A DNA stretch of 64,000 nt. Source: Firmicutes bacterium CAG:822 (GTDB lineage Bacteria > Bacillota_I > Bacilli_A > RF39 > UBA660). A program made the translations under genes and the position numbers. The notes under the pieces are model-generated. The model saw nothing but the letters and a program-made list of their open reading frames with translations. It did not search any database and had not been told where the DNA came from. Of the stretch, positions 9,577 through 19,763 are shown piece by piece (position 1 is the first letter of the stretch; every line of letters begins with the position of its first letter). Where the stretch lies: contig HF990861.1 in assembly GCA_000432855.1 (NCBI GenBank), positions 9,363 through 73,362 on the forward strand. Direction: 5' to 3'.

Positions 9577-10560
9577 TTACATATGATCTTCCCAGAACTT
9601 AACTGCATTATCAATCCAACCTTCTGCATTAGTTCCAATGCCTAAACCAAATCCATGAGGAAGTCCATCGAATACTTCAATTTCCGCATCTGTTCCATTA
9701 GCCTTAATTCTATTAGTTCTCTCTTCCATAATTCTATAGTCGAAGGTTCCATCATCAGTACCCACACAACTATATGTTGGTGGCTCCGCGCCAGTCACTT
9801 CACTCAAACCAGTATATTGCATAACCACAGTAGCCGGTTTTGGATAAGCCTTCTCGCCATATCCTTCTGTTCCATTATTGCCAAACCATGCCGCCATACG
9901 TGCACCAGCTGAACCACCCCAAACAGAATAACCAGAAGTATCAACCTCAAGTTCATCGGCATGTTCAAAGATAAATGCCACCGTTCTAGCCAAATCTTCC
10001 ATCGCCGCACTCGGCCTATAAATAAGGGAAAAAGCATTATATCCTTTTTTAGAAAGCTCTAAAGCATGCGGAAAACTATCTTGCATAGCTCCAACATACA
10101 TAAATCCACCACCAGCATTCAAAATTGCCATCTTATTACCAGGCTCTCCTCTAAAATAAAATATACCTATATTTCTTTTCTCAGGATCAGCCTTCATCTC
10201 ATCTTCTGAATATATATGGTAGAAAATCTGATTACCAGCATCCACTTCATCTTTCATATAATTGACAATTTCCACCGTCTTATCATCATTTATATAGTTA
10301 TACCAAACATAAATATCATCGATATCATCTAATCTAGTATTACCATCGAAATCTCTATCCACCGGAAAAATCAAATTGCCAAATCCCTCGAAAAACTTAT
10401 TATTCATAACCTCTGAAACCGTCGAACTTTTAGTAAACGATAAAATATTATTCACCTCACCACTAGTAAAATCACTATCTCTATTCATATAAAAATATCC
10501 AAATAAACCTATCGCAATCACTAAGATTACAATCCATAAAATATTTTTCATCATAAACAA
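9577..10560 (-). CDS. membrane-anchored alpha/beta hydrolase (esterase/lipase-like)
   Basis: 327 aa. N-terminal TM anchor, nucleophile elbow GGSAGA, C-terminal GLPHGFG with catalytic His. Confidence 0.7.
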   Translation of the reverse strand: MFMMKNILWIVILVIAIGLFGYFYMNRDSDFTSGEVNNILSFTKSSTVSEVMNNKFFEGFGNLIFPVDRDFDGNTRLDDIDDIYVWYNYINDDKTVEIVNYMKDEVDAGNQIFYHIYSEDEMKADPEKRNIGIFYFRGEPGNKMAILNAGGGFMYVGAMQDSFPHALELSKKGYNAFSLIYRPSAAMEDLARTVAFIFEHADELEVDTSGYSVWGGSAGARMAAWFGNNGTEGYGEKAYPKPATVVMQYTGLSEVTGAEPPTYSCVGTDDGTFDYRIMEERTNRIKANGTDAEIEVFDGLPHGFGLGIGTNAEGWIDNAVKFWEDHM

Positions 10561-10572
10561 CCTCTAAATAAT

Positions 10573-11031
10573 TTAAATAGCCATTTCACTTAAGGTTTTT
10601 CTACCATCAGCTGTATCCACATACACTCCTTTTAAATTCATTCCCATAAGTGTGCATAATCTATTAGCTAAAAAAGTAATTGATTTAACTGTACCATTAT
10701 CAGGACCAGAGCCTTGAGCAAACAAATATAAATTCTTACCATTTAAAACTTCCGCTTCTGGTAACATATAAAGCCTATCGATAAATGTTTTTAAAAGACC
10801 ACTAACTGTATACCAATAAACGGGCGCTCCGATAACTAAAGTGTCATACTCTTTAATCTTATCAAACACCTCTTTTATTTGATCATCGGCAAAAACCTAA
10901 CCATATTGTGAAATCTTATAATCACTCATCTGCATGGCATCATAGTCTTTACCTTCTAAAAGTTTTTCACCAATACTAAAAGTATTGCCTTCCTTATTAG
11001 GACTAAAATTCATAAATAATATTTTTTCCAT
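10573..11031 (-). pseudogene. flavodoxin-like NAD(P)H-dependent oxidoreductase interrupted by an in-frame TAG
   Basis: From ATG 11031 the frame reads MEKILFMNFSPNKEGNTF...DYKISQYG, then TAG at 10897-10899, then continues in the same frame VFADDQIKEVFDKIKEYDTLVIGAPVYWY... to the stop at 10573. Confidence 0.7.
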
Positions 11032-11136
11032 ATCTATCACCTTCCATTATAAATATATACCCGTGTGTAGCTTCCATGTTAAGAAAAAATATCCATAAAT
11101 GGATATTATATAAAACAAATTAAACTTAATATAAAT

Positions 11137-12231
11137 CTAATCAAATAACTTTTTAAGTTCATCTTCCCAATTTTGATTATAATATTTATTTTTAAAACAA
11201 ATAATATTATTATGAAATTCATCATATCTCGATAAAAAGTTATTAATTTCATCACAAGAAAAATCTTTAGCGACAAATCCCAAATTATATTTTTCTACCA
11301 TCAACGCATTGTATTTTTGTTCATAGGTTTCCAGCGGAAAAACATAAATAGGAATATCCAATGATAATGATTCACTTAATAATTGATGTCCTCCAGTTGA
11401 TAACAAAAAAGAACAACTTGATAAATCATCTTGAAATTTATCACTAAAACTATGTATATTTATATTTTCATACTTTTCAAACTTCTTATAATTATTAATC
11501 GTATAAACATTAAATGTATAATTTTTGATATCTTTTATCACATTTAAGATTCTCTCATATTTTTCAGAATCAGAATATGGAGAAAAATATACAACCACTT
11601 TCTTACTATCTTTAAAATTAGAGTTTATTTTGGGAATTATTGGCGAAACTATTGTTACTTTTTCATTGTTGACAAATATAGGAAAAAATGAAGAAATAAT
11701 CCTTTTGTCATATTTTGGAAAAAAATAATTTAGCCTATATACTTCCTCCTTAATTGAAGCACCTTTAATATTAATTTCATCAAGATATATAAATTTTGAC
11801 TGCTGTTCCATACAAAGAAGCGGAACCATAGATGCATAAGCATATTGTGCGACATTAGGCTCATAATCTGAAATTATTAAATCCGGCTTTGATTTAAAAA
11901 TTCTTTCTATAGATAAACAAAATTCAAAAAATTTCTCATATTGATCTATATTATTATTTCTATATTTAATCAAGCAATCTTTATAATCTAAACCATTATC
12001 ATCACATGTAATCCAAGGAATAGTTACTAGTATAACTGGAATTTTGGAAAATTTACGATTTATAATTTTTTTCTTATCTTCTGTTGTAGCAACAACAACC
12101 ATCACATCATATTTTAAAAGCTGTTCAATAACGCATATCTGTCTATTTATGTGTCCATTACCAATACCACATATACCAACCAAAATCTTCTTCATACTAA
12201 TTAATAATTTCAACCTTATGTTCTTTTTCAT
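11137..12231 (-). CDS. GT-B fold glycosyltransferase (MurG/UGT-like)
   Basis: N-terminal GICGIGNGHINRQ and C-terminal TGGHQLLSESLSLDIPIYVFPL..YEQKYNALMVEKYNLG. An alternative start at 12195 (MKKILVG) would remove the overlap with the upstream gene. Confidence 0.6.
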   Translation of the reverse strand: MKKNIRLKLLISMKKILVGICGIGNGHINRQICVIEQLLKYDVMVVVATTEDKKKIINRKFSKIPVILVTIPWITCDDNGLDYKDCLIKYRNNNIDQYEKFFEFCLSIERIFKSKPDLIISDYEPNVAQYAYASMVPLLCMEQQSKFIYLDEINIKGASIKEEVYRLNYFFPKYDKRIISSFFPIFVNNEKVTIVSPIIPKINSNFKDSKKVVVYFSPYSDSEKYERILNVIKDIKNYTFNVYTINNYKKFEKYENINIHSFSDKFQDDLSSCSFLLSTGGHQLLSESLSLDIPIYVFPLETYEQKYNALMVEKYNLGFVAKDFSCDEINNFLSRYDEFHNNIICFKNKYYNQNWEDELKKLFD

Positions 12232-13156
12232 TACATATTAATCGTACAATGCTTCCGTTTACTATTGTAATTCTTGGATATGTATGGCCTAAATCAAAAT
12301 TAGTTATAATTGGTACATTTAACTCCCTAAGTCCTCTGATTAACGTTTCATCTAATGTTATACCAGTATAACTAGTTTCCTCTACTCTTCCAAGTATAAT
12401 ACATTTAGAATATTTAAACCATCCCAACTTTTGCAAATGCCAAAGATTTCTTAATAATTGCTCATTATTCATATAGTCAATATCAAAATACCAAATAATT
12501 CCATCATTTTTATATTTTTCAATAAATTTAGTCGTATAATCATATTCTGTCCCTACTAAATCCATCAAACATTCTAAACAACCACCAATTATTCTACCAG
12601 TTAAATCAACATCCTGCTTACACACCCAATGACTTACTTGTTTCTCACCATCGATTAACTGATATTTAAAATCATTTTGTATAATTTTCTCTCCTTTTAA
12701 CACGAGAATATTATTATTGTATTCTTCATCACTAATATTAGCCATCGAATTGGCATTATAAGAATATATTGTTTGAATATCATACTTTGTTGTAATTAAA
12801 TATAATAAAATCGTAATATCTGATTGTCCTTGTATCCATTTAACATTTTTCTTTATTAAATCAAAATTTAAATAATCTAATACTTCTATTAAGTAATTGC
12901 CACCTGTAACTCCAATTATACATTTAACATTTTTATCCTCTACAAGTTTCATAAAATCTTTTGCCCTTGTTCTAGCATCACAACTTTCCCCTTTAACACT
13001 ACAAGTTATGTGCTCATCTTTAGTTATAGTAAACTCTGTTTCAAGTCTCTTAATTGCCTTAAATAACTTTTTTTGCTTAGACTCCTTTAATATACCGTCC
13101 GACATTGATGATATTGCGATAATATCTTCTTTTTTAATATTATTTGGTTTTTTCAT
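12197..13156 (-). CDS. S66 family LD-carboxypeptidase (LdcA/MccF-like)
   Basis: 319 aa. Contains GVTGGNY, the nucleophile motif GQSDIT, and C-terminal FDLGHTYP with catalytic His. Confidence 0.75.
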   Translation of the reverse strand: MKKPNNIKKEDIIAISSMSDGILKESKQKKLFKAIKRLETEFTITKDEHITCSVKGESCDARTRAKDFMKLVEDKNVKCIIGVTGGNYLIEVLDYLNFDLIKKNVKWIQGQSDITILLYLITTKYDIQTIYSYNANSMANISDEEYNNNILVLKGEKIIQNDFKYQLIDGEKQVSHWVCKQDVDLTGRIIGGCLECLMDLVGTEYDYTTKFIEKYKNDGIIWYFDIDYMNNEQLLRNLWHLQKLGWFKYSKCIILGRVEETSYTGITLDETLIRGLRELNVPIITNFDLGHTYPRITIVNGSIVRLICNEKEHKVEIIN

Positions 13157-14499
13157 TATAATCCCCTCCTTTTATATATTTTAGTCTTATTTATAGATAA
13201 ATCTATCATAGCCGTTGTAACAACTGCATTATATAAATCTCTAACCTTTTCTTTTTCTTGAACACTATTATATGCCTTCATTATATCAAACAAAAATCTT
13301 GTTACCTTGCTTGGATTACCGCTTATTAAAGCATTATAATACACTTGATTAATTAATGCCATTTTAGCAATTAATTGTTCACCAGTCAAAGAAAAACCAT
13401 TAAAATTTGTCAAACTTCTTCTACTTAAACTACAAAAAATTTTATCAAACATCACAATATTTATATTTTTGATAATATTAAAATCAATTATTTGATTAGT
13501 TCCTACTGCCGCATAAAACAGCCGCAGAAAATCAAATGCCTCAATTTTTTCATCATCAATTTGAATATTATTAGTTTCAATAATATTATATAATATTTCA
13601 GACCATTCCTCAAGATTTCTTGAAGCTGCACTTTTACATATATTATAAGTTAAAAACATAACATTTAAATCTAAATTATTATCTTTTTTAACTTGTAAAA
13701 CTTTCTTTATGTGTTCAGATTGATCTTGTCCTATTATATTAATAATCACACTATCTTTTATACATGGATTTAATAAAAACATAAATTCCTGTAAAAAATA
13801 TTTAATTTCATCATTCTCATTAATTCCATTACTATAAGATAAATTTCTAATAAAATCATATATCTCTGCATATTTATATAATTCAGACTCTCTCAAATAA
13901 TCAATATCAACAAATCCTAATTTGGATAAAACTCCATCAGTTTTTTCTATAGACACATCACAGTATTTACTATAGTCATCCAAAAGTTCAAAATCTAAAA
14001 ATTTACCATGCATTAAACTAGTATACAAAGTTTCAAATGCTATCTTTCTTTCTGACTGCGAATATGAATCTAAAAACTTATTAATTGTTTTTTTAGAAAT
14101 ATCTCCAATTGTAAAAATATTATTAATTTCTCCACTAGTACGAATTAACCCTTTAATCATATCATCAACATACAAATTTCGTAGTTGTCCAAGCATTGGT
14201 ATTGGTTTATTTGGATGTATATCACCATATCTTAAAGTAAAGTCCTCATTATAAATTGGTCTATGATTTATAAAATCATCCAATTCTTTTAAACTAACAT
14301 CTAAAGGAATATTAAAATGCGGATAATTGTTTATATATTCACAGTTTTTACATCCTCTCATAGGAGCGACAGTCGTAAATGAATAACATCCAAATCTATT
14401 TGTATACAATAATTGAACATCATCTAAATTTAAAACATCCTTTAAATAATGCTTCAAATATGAATCGTATGATAAATTTTTATCATATCCTATCATCAT
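13156..14499 (-). CDS. hypothetical protein (~447 aa), no recognisable family
   Basis: Long uninterrupted ORF. SD AGGTGGT lies 7 nt before ATG 14499, whereas the track start is GTG 14511. Its stop overlaps the start of the LD-carboxypeptidase gene. Confidence 0.5.
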   Translation of the reverse strand: MMIGYDKNLSYDSYLKHYLKDVLNLDDVQLLYTNRFGCYSFTTVAPMRGCKNCEYINNYPHFNIPLDVSLKELDDFINHRPIYNEDFTLRYGDIHPNKPIPMLGQLRNLYVDDMIKGLIRTSGEINNIFTIGDISKKTINKFLDSYSQSERKIAFETLYTSLMHGKFLDFELLDDYSKYCDVSIEKTDGVLSKLGFVDIDYLRESELYKYAEIYDFIRNLSYSNGINENDEIKYFLQEFMFLLNPCIKDSVIINIIGQDQSEHIKKVLQVKKDNNLDLNVMFLTYNICKSAASRNLEEWSEILYNIIETNNIQIDDEKIEAFDFLRLFYAAVGTNQIIDFNIIKNINIVMFDKIFCSLSRRSLTNFNGFSLTGEQLIAKMALINQVYYNALISGNPSKVTRFLFDIMKAYNSVQEKEKVRDLYNAVVTTAMIDLSINKTKIYKRRGL

Positions 14500-14524
14500 A
14501 AAAATTACCACCTATCTATAACAA

Positions 14525-15238
14525 TTATGCATAAAAATAATTATCTTTTAAATAAAATCGCACTACTTTAACATCAACATCACCAAACAAATACTTTAAT
14601 ACAGCAATCCTGTGTTGACCATCTCTTATAAACATTTCATCATTATATAATATTACCAATTTATCATGATATGGATAACCATTTTCTTTAATACTATTCA
14701 AAGAAGCTTTCAATCTATCATAGTCAGAATCAATTATATGATTAGACTTAAAAGGTGTATAAATTCTTTTACCATTATTAATTAAAGCTTTATAACTTTC
14801 TGATTCTTCCATTGAAACTGGAGCTGAATTATGCCTTAATAATTTAAAATCTGATACATTTACTATATCATATTTTACATCAACTATTTTATCTAATAAA
14901 TCATAAAAGAAAAGTGAAAAATATATTGGGTCTAATAATTTATAATCATAATTAATAGGATACTTATTTTGAAAATAAGCATATATTTCTTCTACTAAAT
15001 GTTCAAACTTGTCATATTGAAAGCACAATTTTTCACTTCCCATAATAAGACTTACATAAAAAGTATCGTAAGAAACTGTAAATCCTTTCATTTGTTTTAA
15101 CTCAAACTTTATATTTTTTCCTTTTAAAATCATATATTGTATTTCATCATAAGCTCTTAAAATAATAGAAAGAGCATGATTCACTTCGCTTTGAATAAAA
15201 TTATTTTTATCCAGTAACACACAAACTTTACTTAACAC
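14525..15238 (-). CDS. protein with a C-terminal ParB/Srx-like domain
   Basis: 237 aa. The C-terminus SLNSIKENGYPYHDKLVILYNDEMFIRDGQHRIAVLKYLFG carries the DGxHR signature of ParB N-terminal/sulfiredoxin-fold domains. The N-terminal 150 aa are unassigned. Confidence 0.5.
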   Translation of the reverse strand: MLSKVCVLLDKNNFIQSEVNHALSIILRAYDEIQYMILKGKNIKFELKQMKGFTVSYDTFYVSLIMGSEKLCFQYDKFEHLVEEIYAYFQNKYPINYDYKLLDPIYFSLFFYDLLDKIVDVKYDIVNVSDFKLLRHNSAPVSMEESESYKALINNGKRIYTPFKSNHIIDSDYDRLKASLNSIKENGYPYHDKLVILYNDEMFIRDGQHRIAVLKYLFGDVDVKVVRFYLKDNYFYA

Positions 15239-15427
15239 ATAATCAACTCACTTTATCAATAAATAAAACAAAAATAACATCTTTAACACATATTAAAATA
15301 CTTATTAATATTTTTTATTATATATTAGTCAAATATATTGCCATAATAATATCACTTTTATTAAATAACTTCAAGAAAAAATACAAATATCTTAAATAGT
15401 TTCTATTTAACACATTTGTATTTACTT

Positions 15428-15655
15428 TTAATCTGTTGCTCGCAACTTCTTATTAGCTTTAACTATCATATAAATAGCCATAAAAGAATTAACAATTGCC
15501 ACCACAAAACCAGTGACCATTGTCATAACCAGTTTAAAATCACTATCATTACTACCAAACTGATATATCATCGCCACTTCTAAAGAAATCATTGAAATCA
15601 TTGCTACTGTTAAACTGATAAACTTATTAGCCTCTACTAACTTAGATTTAGCCAT
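15428..15655 (-). CDS. small two-TM membrane protein, hypothetical
   Basis: 75 aa with two hydrophobic helices and SD GGGAGG upstream. Confidence 0.4.
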   Translation of the reverse strand: MAKSKLVEANKFISLTVAMISMISLEVAMIYQFGSNDSDFKLVMTMVTGFVVAIVNSFMAIYMIVKANKKLRATD

Positions 15656-15774
15656 TTTACCTCCCCTTTCATTAAACCGACACTTGCCTGTTTAATTACA
15701 ATTTTAATATAATATTCTTATAATCTAAAAACAATCATCAATTTTAAAACATTTGTTGGAATAAAAGAGAAATT

Positions 15775-16314
15775 ATGAATAAACCAAACAATAAAAGAAA
15801 AAAACAATCTCAAGAAAAAATCGAAAACATCTTCTTAAACCTAATTTAAACCAAAGACATCAGTGAAATATCTGTAACATCAATTTGTAAAAGAGCCAAA
15901 TTAAATAGATCAACCTTTTATGCTAACTACATTGATATATATGACCTAGCTGACAAAATCGCAGAAAAACTTGAAAACGAAGTTACCCTCTTATACCAAA
16001 ATGAAAGAAAAGATAAATATAACTCACACAACTACTTAAAACTTTTTACCCATATTAAAGAAAATCAAATATTTTATAAAACCTATTTCAAACTAAAAAA
16101 AGATGAACCATTTATTATAAAAAAATATGATACCAAACTTGCCAAAGAAATATATAATGACAAATATATTGACTATCACATTGAATTTTTCAAAGCTGGT
16201 TTAAATGCCATAGTTAAAAAATGGCTAGAAAATGGGTGCAAAGAAAATCCCGAAGAAATAAATCAAATATTAAAAGATGAATATAAAAATAAGAATATCA
16301 ACTATTCAAATTGA
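15775..16314 (+). pseudogene. TetR/AcrR family regulator with an in-frame TAA inside the HTH
   Basis: ATG 15775 gives MNKPNNKRKKQSQEKIENIFLNLI, then TAA (15847-15849), then TKDISEISVTSICKRAKLNRSTFYANYIDIYDLADKI... to TGA 16312-16314. There is no in-frame ATG after the stop, so it is absent from the ORF track. Confidence 0.7.
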
Positions 16315-16324
16315 TATTCTTTTA

Positions 16325-16891
16325 TTATTGACAGCTTCCACCATTATCTTCAAAATATTTTTTGATATTTTCTACACTATGGTCAATATTTGCCCAGTCA
16401 GTAATATCCTTTAAATATATCTCCATATCTTTACTGCAATTAGGACAATCAAAATAATTTCCTTCACCAATAGAAATAGTATAATCTTTACCTTCTATCA
16501 CACAGTCCATAGTAGCAGATATAGTCTGAACATTCGTGCTACTATGCTCTTCTGGAAACACCATAAATAAAACAAGACCTATAATCATAAGTACTAAATA
16601 AATAATTGCAATAACACCAATAATTTTAAGTATTTTAATTATCATACCAGCTAGTTTTTCTGTATTACTAACCTTAGCCTCCAAAACATTTTTAATATCA
16701 TTATCTGTTAATTCATCTAAACTAACATTAAATATTTTAGATAATTTTTTAGCCTGCAAAATATCAGGTGCCGTCTCTCCAAGTTCCCACTTAGAAATAG
16801 TCTGTCTTGTCACCCCTAATTTCTCTGCCAATTTTTCTTGTGAAAGATTCTCTTTTTTTCTTAAATCTGATATTTTATTTCCTAAATCCAT
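16325..16891 (-). CDS. XRE-family HTH regulator with a TM segment and extracytoplasmic C-terminal domain
   Basis: LSQEKLAEKLGVTRQTISKWELGETAPDI HTH, then a hydrophobic helix IIKILKIIGVIAIIYLVLMIIGLVLFMVF. GGAGGG precedes ATG 16891. Confidence 0.7.
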   Translation of the reverse strand: MDLGNKISDLRKKENLSQEKLAEKLGVTRQTISKWELGETAPDILQAKKLSKIFNVSLDELTDNDIKNVLEAKVSNTEKLAGMIIKILKIIGVIAIIYLVLMIIGLVLFMVFPEEHSSTNVQTISATMDCVIEGKDYTISIGEGNYFDCPNCSKDMEIYLKDITDWANIDHSVENIKKYFEDNGGSCQ

Positions 16892-16977
16892 AAACCCTCC
16901 TTTCAAAGCCCATTTTATATTTTAATCACAGTTTAATCTACCAATTTTCACTGGAAAATACGCAATTTTTCTTAACA

Positions 16978-17952
16978 TTAATTATCTATTACTTCTATCA
17001 TATCATTGAGCTCATCCTTATAATGAGAGTTACCAATGCCATAAAAAACAAAATTATCTTTTCTAATCAAAATAACATATCCCTTATCATCTATTATATA
17101 CTTTTTATAATCCTTACTATCTTCTTTTATATACTCATCTTTAACATTATCATCAGTCTCTGATTTTGCCCAATACTCTAAATTATGCTCAGCCATCTTA
17201 TCTGTTTTAAAATCATAAACATACAAAACACTATTATTACTCATAACAGTCATCGTTTTAAAAGTATAACCATCATTCACACTTTCATTAACATCAACAT
17301 TATAGTCCTTATCTTCAAAGCTCTTTTCATATTTATCCATCCTATTACTATTCATAAAAGAAAATATAATAGCAAGCAAAAAAATCAGTAAACAAATTCC
17401 AAGAAAAACTCTTCTTATAATAACCCATTTTTTACTATTAATAACTTTCTTAGACTTTAAATTTTCACAATTTTCAAATAAATAATTAATAAATTCTTCC
17501 TTACTTCCACCGGTCAAATTATTTTTATCTACAATAATTCCCACATTGTATTTTAACTTTAAAATAAATAAATTTTCTGTTTCAATAATCGAAATTATTT
17601 GACTAAGTTTATAACTAGAAGTATCACCCTTTTGTGAAGTCAAAACAATATTACCACAACTAACCTTAAAAGTCTGTCTCAAATCTTCACCATTATTCAA
17701 ATTTTTAGTTCTTTTATATTGGATCTTATTAATTCCAGCCACCTTATATATAATCAAAAATATCCCACATATAATTCCAATTATTATTACAAGTCCATAA
17801 CTGCCCATAATCATATATAAAATTAATAAAAGCAAAGAAACAAACATAAACAAAATATTCATTTTTCTAGTAGAAACAGCACCTAAAGCAAACTCCTTAT
17901 ATTTTTTATAATCAAAAGTACAAACAGAAGAAAACTCTCTATTTTTTTCCAT
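16978..17952 (-). CDS. membrane protein with a YcxB-like domain
   Basis: 324 aa. A paired TM hairpin is followed by a PH-like YcxB pattern, then a second TM and a C-terminal domain. Confidence 0.45.
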   Translation of the reverse strand: MEKNREFSSVCTFDYKKYKEFALGAVSTRKMNILFMFVSLLLLILYMIMGSYGLVIIIGIICGIFLIIYKVAGINKIQYKRTKNLNNGEDLRQTFKVSCGNIVLTSQKGDTSSYKLSQIISIIETENLFILKLKYNVGIIVDKNNLTGGSKEEFINYLFENCENLKSKKVINSKKWVIIRRVFLGICLLIFLLAIIFSFMNSNRMDKYEKSFEDKDYNVDVNESVNDGYTFKTMTVMSNNSVLYVYDFKTDKMAEHNLEYWAKSETDDNVKDEYIKEDSKDYKKYIIDDKGYVILIRKDNFVFYGIGNSHYKDELNDMIEVIDN

Positions 17953-18087
17953 AATTAACCTCCAACACCAAAATTATAACAAAAAATCAGTTTCACATAA
18001 TATAACCTATCTCTCTTCATTTTTACAATAAACTTTATTTTTTCACTATGATACTTATTTAATTTTCCTACATTAACTAATTTATTT

Positions 18088-18597
18088 TTAGTTATTATTC
18101 TTTTTCCATTTTCTAATTTTACCTCTAAAATTCTTGAAATTAGCAATAGTATTTAAATGTATTAATCTACATACACTAAATTCTTTACCATTTGTTTTCG
18201 CCCAATTTCTTTTTCCCGCTTCCAATAATTCTACATCAGATAAATTATTTACTAGTTTGATAATATTATCAACGTTTTGATTAAAAATATTAATTAACTC
18301 TTTTAAAGAATAGCCATTATATTTATCATAAAAACTTTGATATAACCAATCTAAATTATTCCATTTCCACTCGGTAGCAAGTGGTGTTTTTTGAATGCCT
18401 TTTTGTTCTTCACTTTCCCAAGCTAAAACTAAATCCATCCAACCGTTGCAAAACGATAACATTTGAAAAGGAGTATATCCAATTTCCTCATCAACCATAT
18501 TTATAGATGATTCTTTTATATCCAAATATTCTTTAATAAACAAATTAGCATTACTTTTTATTGCTTCTACCAATTCTAATTTATTACTGTACCTCAT
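18088..18597 (-). CDS. ClbS/DfsB family four-helix-bundle protein
   Basis: 169 aa. The pattern MRYSNKLELVEAI...YTPFQMLSFCNGWMDLVLAWE...WNNLDWLYQSFYDKY is typical of DUF1706/ClbS. Confidence 0.6.
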   Translation of the reverse strand: MRYSNKLELVEAIKSNANLFIKEYLDIKESSINMVDEEIGYTPFQMLSFCNGWMDLVLAWESEEQKGIQKTPLATEWKWNNLDWLYQSFYDKYNGYSLKELINIFNQNVDNIIKLVNNLSDVELLEAGKRNWAKTNGKEFSVCRLIHLNTIANFKNFRGKIRKWKKNNN

Positions 18598-18624
18598 AAT
18601 TCCTCCGTAAATTATAATTTGTTA

Positions 18625-19152
18625 TTATTCTTTCTTTGTAAATTTTAATATTTTAGTTGTTAATGGTTTAAATACTATATACAATATATAACCAATAATT
18701 CCACCAAGTACATTTGTTATTAAATCTGTTATATCTGATGATCTAAAATCATTTATTAAAGGTTGTAATAACTCAATACCTAAGCTTAATAAAAATGTAT
18801 ATAATATTATATTTATTAAGCTTGCTTTCTTGTTTTTAATAAGTGGCAATAAAAATCCAAATGGAATTGTCATTATAATGTTTAAAACTACTTGTCTAAT
18901 AAAATCTCCATTGCCACCTGAAACGTCAATGAAAGGCACTAAATTCATTGACACATAAGAGTGATTAAATATAAATGGTAAAGAAGCGATTATTGGCATT
19001 AAGGTAAAATACAATACAAATGATAAATATATATACATTATAGTATTTATAAATAATACATCTTTTCCCTTTAATTTCCATCTCTTGTAAAATATAAAAA
19101 TATATAAAAGAAATAAAACAATAAAATCTACTAGTTCTTTCATATCTTCCAT
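18625..19152 (-). CDS. VanZ family protein
   Basis: 175 aa, 4-5 TM. Contains LGIELLQPLINDFRSSDITDLITNVLGGIIGY, the VanZ signature. Confidence 0.7.
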   Translation of the reverse strand: MEDMKELVDFIVLFLLYIFIFYKRWKLKGKDVLFINTIMYIYLSFVLYFTLMPIIASLPFIFNHSYVSMNLVPFIDVSGGNGDFIRQVVLNIIMTIPFGFLLPLIKNKKASLINIILYTFLLSLGIELLQPLINDFRSSDITDLITNVLGGIIGYILYIVFKPLTTKILKFTKKE

Positions 19153-19183
19153 CTCCTACTTAATAGTATTTTAATTTATATAA

Positions 19184-19744
19184 CTAATTTTTTGATGTCA
19201 CTTTTGCTGGATTTCCTACTGCTACTGAATTGTTTGGAATATCTTTTGTTACTACACTTCCAGCACCAATAACCGAGTTATCACCAATAGTAACTCCAGG
19301 CAAAATGGTACAATTCCCTCCAATCCATACATTTTTACCAATAGTTACAGGTTTGCCAAATTCAATATCTGAAATTCTTTCATCTGGAACTAATGAATGA
19401 CAAGCAGTATAAATATGGGTATTTGGTCCAATCAAAGTATGTTCTCCTATTTTTACTGGGCAAACATCTAATATTACGCAACCATAATTAAGCATAACAT
19501 TTTTTTCAATAAAAATATTATATCCATAATCACAAAAAAATGGTGGTTTAATCCAAAATATTCCATTAGTGTTTATTAATTTTCTCATTAATCGTGATCT
19601 CATATTTATCTCATTAAAATTCCTTTTATTATACTTATTACATATTCTATTTGCTCGTGCTCGTTCAAAAACAAGTTTAGGATTAGCAGGATTGTATTTT
19701 TCTCCAGAAATCATTTTTTCTTTTTCTGTTTTCAATCTTATCAT
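19184..19744 (-). CDS. sugar O-acetyltransferase (maltose/galactoside acetyltransferase-like, left-handed beta-helix)
   Basis: 186 aa. N-terminal Mac domain (MISGEKYNPANPKLVFERARANRICNKYN) and hexapeptide repeats IGKNVWIGGNCTILPGVTIGDNSVIGAGSVV. Confidence 0.8.
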   Translation of the reverse strand: MIRLKTEKEKMISGEKYNPANPKLVFERARANRICNKYNKRNFNEINMRSRLMRKLINTNGIFWIKPPFFCDYGYNIFIEKNVMLNYGCVILDVCPVKIGEHTLIGPNTHIYTACHSLVPDERISDIEFGKPVTIGKNVWIGGNCTILPGVTIGDNSVIGAGSVVTKDIPNNSVAVGNPAKVTSKN

Positions 19745-19763
19745 TCCTTTTTATAATTTCAAA

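Noticed and set aside
10897-15849. In-frame TAG/TAA codons as evidence of stop-codon reassignment or programmed recoding
   Set aside because: TAG, TAA and TGA all terminate well-conserved genes at their expected ends. Examples are RhuM (TAG), pheS/pheT, the P-type ATPase (TGA) and the SWIM gene (TGA). Ordinary nonsense mutations or sequencing errors are the simpler explanation.
17955-18146. Track ORF of 63 aa between the YcxB-like and ClbS-like genes
   Set aside because: It overlaps the 3' end of the ClbS-like gene by ~60 nt in another frame, has no SD and is of low complexity.
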